DNA of 64,000 nucleotides from Marsupella aquatica (taxonomy: Eukaryota; Plantae; Marchantiophyta), in contig OZ316893.1 of the NCBI GenBank assembly GCA_973895155.1, positions 28,282,210-28,346,209 on the forward strand, in the 5' to 3' direction. This document shows, piece after piece, positions 49,316 through 59,497 of the stretch (positions within the stretch are counted from its first letter, which is position 1; every line of letters starts with the position of its first letter). The translations under genes were made by a program, and so were the position numbers. The notes under the pieces were generated by a model. The model did no database searches and had not been told where the DNA came from. It worked only from the letters and a program-made list of their open reading frames with translations.

Positions 49316-49924
49316 ATAAGAATCAAAGTCAAAATCTGTACATGTGGAGTTCCCAGGGGATTCTAATGAATAAAGCTGTGAGATATATATGCCCGTATAT
49401 ATGATGATGCCCATTGTATTCATTTCACCCTAAATTCAATTTATCTTTGCATTAGTTGTTTTTTTTCTTATTATTTATCTCTGTTTGGTTTCTATCCATT
49501 ATTACCATAGAAGAGTCACTTTTCTTTCTATTCTAAAACTTGGAATTTCAACTTGGAAGCGACTATTTGTGTATGAGTAGTTTTCCTGCTCCCCACTAGT
49601 TTCTCAGCTCTATTGATTTCATCTATCTCCATAGGGCCTACTTCTATGTCTACTGTCTCTGAAATTGAGAATTGGACCTCCCTGATGAGTGTTTGTCTAT
49701 TTACGTACCTAGAGATGTCTCAAGTGAAGTTAGTTTAGGATCTCATGGTTTAGAGGTAGAGGGCTCCCCTTAACATGCTACAAGAGAACTTTGCTTAGTT
49801 TAGGGACAAAATCAAAGGCACTGGTGATTGCTTAGGAGACCTCAAAGCTTGTGCATCCCAATGGTTCTAGTCTAACAAATGTGAACTTCTGACAAGATTC
49901 ACCTTGCCCAATGCCCGTGCATCT

Positions 49925-51264
49925 TACCCGGGCCAGAGAATCAGCATAATCTTTCTGATGAATTCCCAGATGAGCATTTGTGGCACATTGAAGGAGAGTC
50001 TTCACGGTATTTCGATATTGTGCACATGTTGATTCATGGTAGTTTTCCTGAAGGCCTTAATGCGGAAGAACGAGCTGTTTTTGCACATAAGGTGGGACCT
50101 TATACTATCCTCCAGGGCACTTTGTTTAAAGAAGGTCCTGATCAGAAGATGCGATGATGTCTGGAGAACAGGGAACTCCCACAAGTAATTGAAGCTTTAC
50201 ATTCTGGAGAAACACGTGGCCATTATGCTGTCAATACTACTGTAAAGAAAATTTTGGATGATGGGTACTGGTGGCCTACCATGCATAGAGATACTTACAA
50301 CTTTATTAAGACGTGTGACCCCTGTCAAAGAATAGGGAAACCCACTGCTAGTTCCAAATGGCCTCTTACGCCCATCCTGCCTTTGACACCATTTGAGAAA
50401 TGGGGTATTGATTTTATTGGCCCAATTTCACCAGCAGCTTGAAAAAGCCGAAGTAAATACATTATTTTGGCCACTGATTATGCCACCAAATGGGTGGAGG
50501 CTAAAGCCACTCGCAAGAATGATGCTACAACAACTGCTGCATTTCTCTTTGAGCACATTATTACTCGGTTCGGGTGTCCTTTGGAGTTGGTAAGCGATAG
50601 GGGTTTGCATTTTCTTAACTCAACTATTGAGTTAATTACTAACACATATCTTATCAAGCATCGCAAAACTACTCCTTACAACCCCAGAGCTAATGGCTTA
50701 ACGGAAAGAGCTAATGGCATTGTGGGCAAGATCCTGAATAAGATAGTAGAGTCTCACAAGACAGACTGGGATGTGAAGTTACATTCTGCATTATGGGCTT
50801 ACCGTACTGCCGAGAAAATTACAACCCTTCACACTCCCTTCTACCCGACTTATGGCCTGGACAGTATTATTCCTATTGAATTCTCCTTCCCGACAGAACG
50901 ACTCTTGGTATCCAACCGTCTCTCTCCAACGGCTAGTCTCCCACATAGGTTTTATGATATTGTCAAATTAGAAGAAGTTAGACTTTTAGCGTTAGACCAT
51001 ACAGCTACAATTCAGAACAAGCGTAAGCTTGTTTATGATCAAAAGCTGCGAGTCATGAATTTAGATGTTGGTGATTTAGCATTAGTCTTTGATTCCTGTT
51101 ATATGTTATTTCCTGGGAAACTCCATACCCATTGGATTGGTCCTTATCGAGTTACCCAAATCTGGGATAACGGTTCGGTTTCCTTGACTACCTTAGATGG
51201 TCACCCACTTGACACCCGAATCAATGGATTCTGGGTTAAGCGATATCATGAGTCTCCTATTTAG
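49925..51264 (+). pseudogene. Ty3/Gypsy integrase relic (5'-truncated pol)
   Basis: DEFPDEHL, H..GH Zn finger, GYWWPTMHRD..CDPCQR, WGIDFIGPI, DYATKWVEA, VSDRGLHF, NGLTERAN, WIGPYRV. Two in-frame TGA stops at about 50155 and 50440. No chromodomain. Confidence 0.93.
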
Positions 51265-51414
51265 TGTTTCACCTGGGACAGGTCATAGTTTCAGTGGAGG
51301 GCGGTAGGTAGTTTGTACTTTATTAGAATCAGCATTCCCTCCCCCTTCACAAGTGTTCGGAATTTTAGTTTTTGCACTGGACGCTGAGAGAAGCGTCCAC
51401 CCTAAAACTTAGTC

Positions 51415-53892
51415 TTGACGGGACGCTGCAAGAAGCGTCCACTTCTAGGAACGGCAAGAGAAGCGTCCTTTACGATTGACGCGATGGTGGAGTCCAAACT
51501 TACGACGCGACCAATACTCGCAATTATCCCATCGAATATGGTGGACCGCCGACAATTGAGGACAAATCTTGCATTGATGGGCTTGAAGAAATTACTTCGT
51601 TTCCCTTGGAGGATGTGCGAGTTCAGCCTCATCGACCAAGGTGTGTGGGACGCTGAGGAAGGAATCGGTGTCCGCTCGCGTCCAAGTGTTTGGACTGAAG
51701 CGCTCATAGCGGGAGTCTACTCGACGCCGACAACGGGCGAGGATTTGCAGAGGATTGATGGAGAGCCCCGAGCTTATATAGAGTCTTTCTTTGCTCCTGA
51801 ATCCTTTAAGAGGCGAAATGGTTGGGTAACCATGGACTATTTAGTTACCTCTTTGCAGCATCTTTTTCGATTTCTGTCACCAATTTTCTATCCAGAGAGT
51901 CAGACACGTATTACTCTTTCTTTCGCTGCCACCGTTATCTCTTCATTAGAACAGAAGCAGACCATCAATTGGACGAAGATCTTATATAGGGTAATTCATA
52001 CCCAGGTAAAGAACTTTCGTAGCAGGTTGCAAGCTGGAAAGTTGAGATTTACCAACTTGACTCCCTATCTAGCTCACATTTATCACAAGCATAAATGTCT
52101 GCTCCTTTCAGAGAAAGTTTTCTATCGTACCCATTGGAGCGCATCTACCTGTGAAGCAAATGAGTTGCCGGAAGTACGAGAAGTCCGATCCAGTTCAACA
52201 CTGGTGGCGTTATGCGAACTACTCACTTGCGAAGAATCTGAGCTGGTAAATGAAGTTTGGAGACTGAAAGAGACAAGAGAACCAGTTGGCGGGAGAGACG
52301 AGCCAATTCTTTCCCACCCATCAGAGGATCAAGATCTTGATCAGGACAATTTTGCTTTCAGAGCGAATGACGAAGACAGGATGGATGTGGATGAAGAAAG
52401 CTTACCAGGAGAACCTCCTCAACAATATACTACTGCAGCGGATGGGTATGATAAAACTTCACAGAACCCTGCTTCACCACCCATGGAAGTGAGTAATAAT
52501 GCTTTAAAAGCTTTACAGGAGTATAATTCGGAAGATTCTCGTAGTCCCTCCCCAAACCTAGATGTGGTTCCTCTTGTACAACAATCAATGGAACCTCCGG
52601 CGGTATTATGCCCAGAGCTTGTAAAGTTGTTTAAGGCTGATTCAGAGGACGAAATAGTAGATGTAGAAGGAGTAGCTGGACAACCAACTTCACCTAATTT
52701 TGTCATGCCATTTCCTATGTGGCCGACCCCCGAAACCAGGATAACAGTTGCTCTGATTATGTCTGAGGAGTTAGCAGAAGCATTGGCGAGAAAAGGGCCT
52801 CCTCCACACCCATCTGTTGATTGGGTTTCTCCAGCTTACCTTCCAGAAGAGAGATTACTTGAGTCTCAACACAGTCTACAGACCACTCCATCTCTCGGAC
52901 CTTCAAGCAATTTAGGGCTACCTGAGACCAAGAGTGTATCTCCACCCATACCTCTGTCTGGAACACCTGATTTGGCATTTAGCTCTGCATCAGCTTCTAT
53001 CTTACTGGATTCAAGCAGAGATAAGGGTACTCGGATATCACTTGGAGATGAGAGTTCACTTATTACCGAGCAATTTCAAGTGACATATACTCGAAGACCT
53101 GGGAAAAGGTTGCGTCGTGTAAGAAATCAACAGATCTTTCATGAATCAAATTCACCAGATTTTGAGCAGCTGAAGCCCATCAACACGACAATGGGGAATT
53201 CTTCTCCACCTCCTGCATCTTCATCTCCTGTTGTACTATCACATTGGCCTACTAAGGAGTCGGTGATACCTTCTTCAAACCCAGACATTATTTTTCGTTG
53301 GAAAGGAGCTCCAAGCGATGGAGAGGAAGACGAAGATCCTCGTATTATCAGAGTACCTCCCAAACTTGGGCACACAGTGGTACTACCATCCCTAATTCCT
53401 ATACCTAACCTTGCTTCAATTCATAAGTGGGAGAAGAATGATTTTCGGATAGCTTTCCGACATCTGGAAATGGAGAGTATACATCAACAACAACAGATTT
53501 TACCTGGTACGTATCTACCGAGTATTCGAATGTTGATTCCCACTTATAAGCCGGGTAAGGCTATTCCTCCCATTGATAAGGGTAGAAGATATAAATTTTC
53601 GGAATATGAAATTTGGTGTTGGGTATATGTCCTCCGACGTGCTGAAGCTCCTTTTCCGCCAATAACTCCAGAATTTCCTTGGCCATACCAATACTCTGTT
53701 TGGGTCTGCCATGAAGGGTATGCTGTTCCGCATAAGTATGAGAAAGAGCTTGTTAAGCTACGAGAACAGTTGATACGGAATAAGGCTATGAACTCTTCTG
53801 CTCAAAGGTATAAGTCACTTAGGAGACTAGTAAGGTTACCTACTCCTCCTTCGTGGCCGGACGTTGTCACTCAAGGGTTGTTGAGTAGATAG
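51415..53892 (+). CDS. Extra ORF downstream of integrase (Athila/Tat-type extra ORF, PMD-like N-terminus, disordered middle)
   Basis: 825-aa open frame directly 3' of the integrase with LALMGLKKLLRFPW...INWTKILY...LTPYLAHIY. Confidence 0.7.
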   Translation: MTGRCKKRPLLGTAREASFTIDAMVESKLTTRPILAIIPSNMVDRRQLRTNLALMGLKKLLRFPWRMCEFSLIDQGVWDAEEGIGVRSRPSVWTEALIAGVYSTPTTGEDLQRIDGEPRAYIESFFAPESFKRRNGWVTMDYLVTSLQHLFRFLSPIFYPESQTRITLSFAATVISSLEQKQTINWTKILYRVIHTQVKNFRSRLQAGKLRFTNLTPYLAHIYHKHKCLLLSEKVFYRTHWSASTCEANELPEVREVRSSSTLVALCELLTCEESELVNEVWRLKETREPVGGRDEPILSHPSEDQDLDQDNFAFRANDEDRMDVDEESLPGEPPQQYTTAADGYDKTSQNPASPPMEVSNNALKALQEYNSEDSRSPSPNLDVVPLVQQSMEPPAVLCPELVKLFKADSEDEIVDVEGVAGQPTSPNFVMPFPMWPTPETRITVALIMSEELAEALARKGPPPHPSVDWVSPAYLPEERLLESQHSLQTTPSLGPSSNLGLPETKSVSPPIPLSGTPDLAFSSASASILLDSSRDKGTRISLGDESSLITEQFQVTYTRRPGKRLRRVRNQQIFHESNSPDFEQLKPINTTMGNSSPPPASSSPVVLSHWPTKESVIPSSNPDIIFRWKGAPSDGEEDEDPRIIRVPPKLGHTVVLPSLIPIPNLASIHKWEKNDFRIAFRHLEMESIHQQQQILPGTYLPSIRMLIPTYKPGKAIPPIDKGRRYKFSEYEIWCWVYVLRRAEAPFPPITPEFPWPYQYSVWVCHEGYAVPHKYEKELVKLREQLIRNKAMNSSAQRYKSLRRLVRLPTPPSWPDVVTQGLLSR

Positions 53893-54059
53893 CAGATTTG
53901 TAACGTCTTCATGTATATAAGATTTGAAGGGGCGTTTATTCCCTGGAGTATGAATGGACCTGATTGAAGCACTGAGCAACACTTATTCTGTTTGAGTCAT
54001 CATGTGGACCGTAAAAGCTACTATGGATTGCTGTGATTCTCTCTCTTGCGTATTTCAGT

Positions 54060-54340
54060 ATTCTCTTGAAGGGGAGATTAAATTGGAAGGACACACTATG
54101 CAACACTTTATTATTGACCCAGGCTCTGGAATAAATTTACTGTCCCACAGACTGTTTCATCAATTAGTTCGCCAACACGTTCAGCCCATATGTGCTCAAA
54201 TCTCAATCGATGGATGATTAATTTTACTTTGGGGAAGAGTAAAACAAGTGCCATTACAAATTGGAGAAGAATTTTATGACCTCGATTTTTATGTTGTGAA
54301 CCCCAATGACAACCATATTCCATCAATGGTCTTGAGTACC
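54060..54340 (+). pseudogene. Retropepsin-like remnant
   Basis: GEIKLEGHTMQHFIIDPGSGINLLSHRLFHQL resembles the D-x-G-S aspartic protease motif; followed by stops. Confidence 0.45.
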
Positions 54341-56590
54341 ACTTGGATTCCCTAGCCAGAAGATTTTTGATGAAGAATCCAGCACTGGTCTTTAATCAAA
54401 GCGTGGTTGTCTTGTGTGGACACGGCAAAATTTCAATGGAGGGCTATGTGGAATGATGATCTCTACCATTCCTCTTGGAAGATAGTTTATTTTTGACATT
54501 TTTCAAACATTTGTTCTATTCTGGACGCTAAACAGAAACGTCTACCCTCATCGACCATGTTTTGACCGACGCTTCCAGAAACGTCCGCTCTTCTCCAATG
54601 ATTCACTCCCGATGCTTTCAGCAGCGTCGACTATTCTCGAGTACTTCTGCGTCCACTCTAAAAGTGTCCACTCTGACTCGACGCTCAGAAGCGTCCATCC
54701 ACACCCGACGCTTTTAGAAGCGTCCCTCATTTTCCGATACTTAGATTTAACTTTCAAAATAGATTACCCATATAGTAGTATTTTCCGACCTCTAAGTACT
54801 TATGCTGTACTTTCCTCATACTTAGTTCAAGTTCAACAGGTATAGCTTTTCATATTTCCTTCATTTTAGGACCTTAGCACTTATAAGACAGAGTAGGATG
54901 CTCATTTGAACCAGAGAGGGAGAGAGAGAGTTAGAGACAACACTCTATTCAGAATTGGATCTTCTGAATAGTCCCTCCTCCTTCCATTGTAACAAGGCAT
55001 GTTGAGAGTGCATTGTATGGAAGTGAAGCAACATTTGTTTGAAGTTGTGATTGAAACTCATGAATTCCTGTGGTGATTGAATTTAGTTACAGACTTCTAA
55101 GACTCGTATTGAATTCACTGCTAGGCTTGCTTGTAGAGTCAAGATTCGCTAGCCAATTCAAGAGTAGTTGTTGATGAATGAGAAATAAATTTGATTCTCA
55201 GAGCTTTCAGTACCGTTGCTTTGTTCCAGAATATGACTTAGAGTTTGACTGAATTGTGCGATGCTGATGTTAAACCGTGTTGATGGCATTTTAAGGCATA
55301 TCATTACATTTGCAACCAGAAAGCTGCTTTGTTTATCAGATTCAGAACTTCATCTCTGTTCAATTTTGTATCTTCAGTAGAAAGATTGATGAGTTGAGAG
55401 ACTTTAGGCGTGCTTATATTGAGACCAAGTCCTTTCTGAAGGTGTGGCAATAATTTACTAGAGTCTCCAAAACTGGAATCATTTCCTTTGTAGTCTGTAA
55501 ATCTGAAGTTAGGTTATTTTTATGTTTTGTTTACTTTATTTTGTTGAGAAGTAAAGAAAGTGTAGAGCTATGAGTTCTATATCACTCAGAATGATGAAAG
55601 TTAGTCAATTCATACCAAAATATGTTCTTTAAGGGATCAGAATCTTGGTTTTAAGTGAGAAATTACACTTTTGATACTTATTGCTATATGACAAGTAGAA
55701 GGTTCAACTTGAATCTCCTCCTTTCAGAAATATTGGATGCCTTGCATGGCCTTTATGAGGCCTCGGGTCCCAGTAGAAAACATACTAGATTATTGAGAGT
55801 CAAAGAGTTGGTGAGTAAGGAATGTCTTAGGTGGATTACTCGTTCGGATGCGTGGCTTTCTAGTTGAAACAGTCATAACTTACAGGATTTTTCTTTGACT
55901 AGTGTTTTTTCCTACCTTGTTCCCTCCTTTTGAGCCCTTGCACCTTTGGACTCCTTTGGTCTCACCAAGTTTGCATTTTGCTGCTTCGGTTTTTGTTGCC
56001 CTGTTGGGCCCCCCTTCCCATGGGTTTCTATGGTTTTTTTGAAGGAAAAAAAACCATTTACTTGGTTTGAAGAAATATTAGGATTGGGACTGTGCCTATC
56101 AGGTCCTAACTAGCTTTGGAGTTGCCTCTAGAAAATTGGTTTTAAAGCTCATTGTCATGAAATGAAATGAATGGTATATCTAGGGTCCAACATGATGAAT
56201 ACTTGGTCAAGAATACCACTCTCATTCTATTCTCCAAGATAAATCACCTAATAGTGGATGAGAGTGTCAAAATGGATGATGTATTTATAGGCCTTTCAAG
56301 GTTTTGTAAGAACTTAAGGGAGATGTTGAGGAAAACTATCCACTTGACATTGAGATTCACTTTCACTACTAGGTCCTTTTCACCTCCTCCCCTTGAAGAA
56401 GCCTTTCTTTGTTAGACCATCATCTCCTCTTAACCCTCTGGTTTTTCCACTCCTAGCATAAGATGCCATGATTCATACTCTTACACATTTTCCTATGATC
56501 CTATATTTTTCAAATTAAAGAATCTAGACTTTAACTTGTCCAGAGTAATAAAAAATAATTATAAATACAAATAATATATCTACTTTTTTA

Positions 56591-57955
56591 TTAATGTTTT
56601 TTTCGTAAAAGTCTATCTAATTTTTTGTTTATGGTAACAGCTCCTACGTATATAGGATTTGATGTTGGAATTCTATATCCTGTGCCATGGACAACGTCAC
56701 TACGAAATGAAAATAAATTACCATCTCTAATAGGTAATAATATTCCATACTCTGGAATAACAAAATTTCCAGGAGAAATTTTGGCATCAGGATGACTAAC
56801 ATAACATAAAGTAAATTCTGCTGTATCATGATCAGCGTGAGTTTCTACACAATAATCTTTACTAATATATAATTGATAAGCACTAGGACCTTTACATTTT
56901 AGTGCTTTATCAAATATGTTCATCTTATAATCATTTGAATGTAAGTAAGGATGAGAATAATCTAAAAAACTGTCTAACATTTGTGGACATAACCACATGT
57001 ACAGTCCAAGAATAATATCGATTAACTCTCGATGAGAATATTTATTTACCATGTCTTCAAAATTGGCTGCATCAGGACAATCTTGATTGAAGAATGTCTT
57101 TATCTTTTGTTCATGGGTATAAAAAGATACACAACTTTGATCTTTTTTGTAAGGATTATGAAAAGGACCAAACCCCGTCATCTTACTTTCCCATGATCTT
57201 TTTCCTTTCCCTCTTTGGATAACATGATGGGCAGCATGTAATTGTTCTAATAATCTTCGAATGAAGACCATTGAATCAGGTGATAGGATATCTTGATGGA
57301 ATATCATTGCTATCAGATATGGGTTGACTCCAGACCTATCAAAAAGATAAGTAAACCCTTTCTTTTCTTCTATGATAATAAGGTCTGATGGAAATTTTAA
57401 GAAACTAAAGTTTGGATCAGAGGTAAATGTTGTTGTAGTTTGATCCCAATCACCTAAAATTACACCAGTAAGTGTTTTTAGTTTTGAAGAGGAAATACGT
57501 TGAACGTCTACTTCAACTTTGGCATAAGTTCCTCCACTTCTACAAAGATTATCTCTTTCTTTTTGAAAAAGTTTAAGCTTTCTAATGTTAAGATTAGAAA
57601 ACATGGAAATTGATTTTTTCAAAGGTTGAGGTAATTTTAGTCTGAAACCATGATGAAGAAAGATGTCATCAATTTCAATGAACACCTCAGGAGGAAAGAT
57701 CTGAATGATATGGCTTCTACAATTTTGATACCCATTCAAGAATAGTGTTCTTGAAAATCTTGAAGACTCTAGTTTAAGAACTTTTTTAACAAAAAGTTCA
57801 AGAATGTTGTCGTGACATAGAATCCAATGAAGTGCAAACTTCAATTTTATGGTATCTAATTTTTTAAGGTCTTCCCACACTGTAGCAAATACATCCACAG
57901 AAAAATCTTCCCCCAATTCTTTTTTTCTCAAAGTATTACGCTTTCTTTTTCCCAT
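56591..57955 (-). CDS. TET/JBP-like 2OG-Fe(II) dioxygenase (454 aa, possibly with an upstream exon at about 58135-58224)
   Basis: C-terminal double-stranded beta-helix pattern: YISKDYCVETHADHD (HxD at about 56839-56831), GNFVIPEYGILL, FSFRSDVVHGT (distal His at about 56688). Upstream KMTGFG motif. An acceptor GGCAG lies directly before the ATG, and an open 90-nt exon ending in a GTGAG donor lies upstream. Confidence 0.75.
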   Translation of the reverse strand: MGKRKRNTLRKKELGEDFSVDVFATVWEDLKKLDTIKLKFALHWILCHDNILELFVKKVLKLESSRFSRTLFLNGYQNCRSHIIQIFPPEVFIEIDDIFLHHGFRLKLPQPLKKSISMFSNLNIRKLKLFQKERDNLCRSGGTYAKVEVDVQRISSSKLKTLTGVILGDWDQTTTTFTSDPNFSFLKFPSDLIIIEEKKGFTYLFDRSGVNPYLIAMIFHQDILSPDSMVFIRRLLEQLHAAHHVIQRGKGKRSWESKMTGFGPFHNPYKKDQSCVSFYTHEQKIKTFFNQDCPDAANFEDMVNKYSHRELIDIILGLYMWLCPQMLDSFLDYSHPYLHSNDYKMNIFDKALKCKGPSAYQLYISKDYCVETHADHDTAEFTLCYVSHPDAKISPGNFVIPEYGILLPIRDGNLFSFRSDVVHGTGYRIPTSNPIYVGAVTINKKLDRLLRKKH

Positions 57956-58614
57956 CTGCCATGTAAGAACAAATAATTTATTTAGTAAAAATTACAATTC
58001 CGGTCAAATAGTACACGAACCATTTAAGATCTGAGTACCGAAATGCCGTAAGTTGTAACTTTTGTCATTGGATTTACAAACCATTTAAGATTTAGGAGGA
58101 CAGAAAGGAATAAATTTGATGTTTAGGTACTCACCTTCCCAAAGGTACTGATTTGTCCAAAGTAGTTGTCACTTCTTTTCTTGGGTCTGGCTTCAATATT
58201 GTACAAATGTTGACATGAATGATACTGCACAGAATACAAAAAGGAGATAGTGTCTTGAGTATTGTTTTGTGATAACACATATAAAGTATGTTATAAATGA
58301 AGGACTACCCATTGAATCAGAATCAAGAACTTATACAAATTAAGAATTTGTCATCCGTTAAAAAAGCCTTAAATACTTCATAGACACATAATAATAAGTT
58401 TATAATTTTATTAATTTTCAAAATGATTGCTCAGTCTGAAGAGATCATGGAAGGCTTAAGATAAGTTTTTAGTGGCATGTACCTAGCCACATGTAAGCAC
58501 AAGATAACTGTTGCCTAATATCTCAATGGCCCTTCTCATCAAAAATGAACTCTCTGCAATCTCCAAACAATACATCCACATTAGGGGCACTATGCCAACC
58601 CACTTTGTTCAGCT

Positions 58615-59295
58615 TCAAAGCCAAGATATGTGATCTCTGATAGGAATGCGCAAAATAGGATCAATTGGATGGCGATGACAATAAAATATCCATCGATCAA
58701 CGCCATGTGCAGAGTGATCATAGATTTCTCTATCACAAGCATAGCCTTCTGCTTGAAGGTCCTTCAAGCAATGAAAATGCCACATTGTGGGACATCTAAC
58801 ACAATGGACTATGTCTGTCCAATACTCATCATCATGCTCACCACATGCCTTGCATGTATGAACTGGGCAAACTGTGGCATGAGTAGGCAAACATGACAAA
58901 CAATAAAATCTCATGCAAAATTTGTCAGGGCATTTCCTAACAACTGGTCCAGCATCAGCAAAGGTCTCATAAGACCCCAACTTCCCACACTGTGCACACT
59001 TAGCTTGCTTCTCTACACAATCAGTGCACATCCAGGCTCCCTCGTGTGCAGAGGGGAGGCCCACCCCTGGACAGTTGTTCTCTACGGCAAGGTTAGACTC
59101 AGGGTTTAGGTGGAAATGTCTCATGCATTGGCCATCACAGATAACCAAGCCCCCACCATCATCACAAATGGCACAACAATGAGCTGCCTTCTGGTACACT
59201 TGACTCTTGGAGAACTTTTCACAATCTGTCCCAAACACCTGCGTGTTGCTCACCTCTGTCTTAGGCTTCTTGGCCTTCTGCTTGTTACGTGCCAT
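58615..59295 (-). CDS. Stand-alone EDM2/NSD-type composite PHD finger protein (226 aa)
   Basis: CAICDDGGGLVICDGQCMRHFH, C..C..KCAQCGKLGS, CPVHTCKAC, CVRCPTMWHFHCL, IFYCHRHPIDPILRIPIRDHI follow the EDM2 PHD cassette (CAICDNGG...CPLHKC...CRRCP..YH..CL...IYC..H.ID..L..P.RDH). No EDM2 C-terminal domain. Confidence 0.85.
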   Translation of the reverse strand: MARNKQKAKKPKTEVSNTQVFGTDCEKFSKSQVYQKAAHCCAICDDGGGLVICDGQCMRHFHLNPESNLAVENNCPGVGLPSAHEGAWMCTDCVEKQAKCAQCGKLGSYETFADAGPVVRKCPDKFCMRFYCLSCLPTHATVCPVHTCKACGEHDDEYWTDIVHCVRCPTMWHFHCLKDLQAEGYACDREIYDHSAHGVDRWIFYCHRHPIDPILRIPIRDHISWL

Positions 59296-59497
59296 GCCTA
59301 CAAATCAATAAGACATTGCAGTTTAGTTGACATACTGGAAAGACATTTGCTGTAATTGGAATGAATTGGAAGTGTCACTGTGTATAGGATGGACACCAGC
59401 CCTACCTTCAGTTTGGTGAGTCCACGCAGAGATCTGACCTACTACTACAATTGCTCACCCTACACCTCAATTCTGTGTTCACATGAAAAGCCAAAAG

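Larger units (their letters stand above)
11340..59497. mobile_element. Putative giant (about 48 kb) composite mobile unit with YR-RecQ, TET/JBP, PHD, SNF2 and telobox-Myb cargo
   Basis: The same sequence start (AACTGTATATATCTTCTCTGCACAGCGCGTGC) occurs at 11340 and 59498. Modules A-B-C-D recur in the same order after each start. The left start abuts ALDH7B 3' flank. The mobility mechanism is inferred. Confidence 0.6.

Noticed and set aside
987-51264. The two Gypsy pol relics as parts of one split element
   Set aside because: Both include the same integrase region and are clearly diverged, so they are separate insertions.
58615-59295. Calling this gene EDM2 itself
   Set aside because: Only the PHD cassette is present; the long N- and C-terminal regions of EDM2 are missing.
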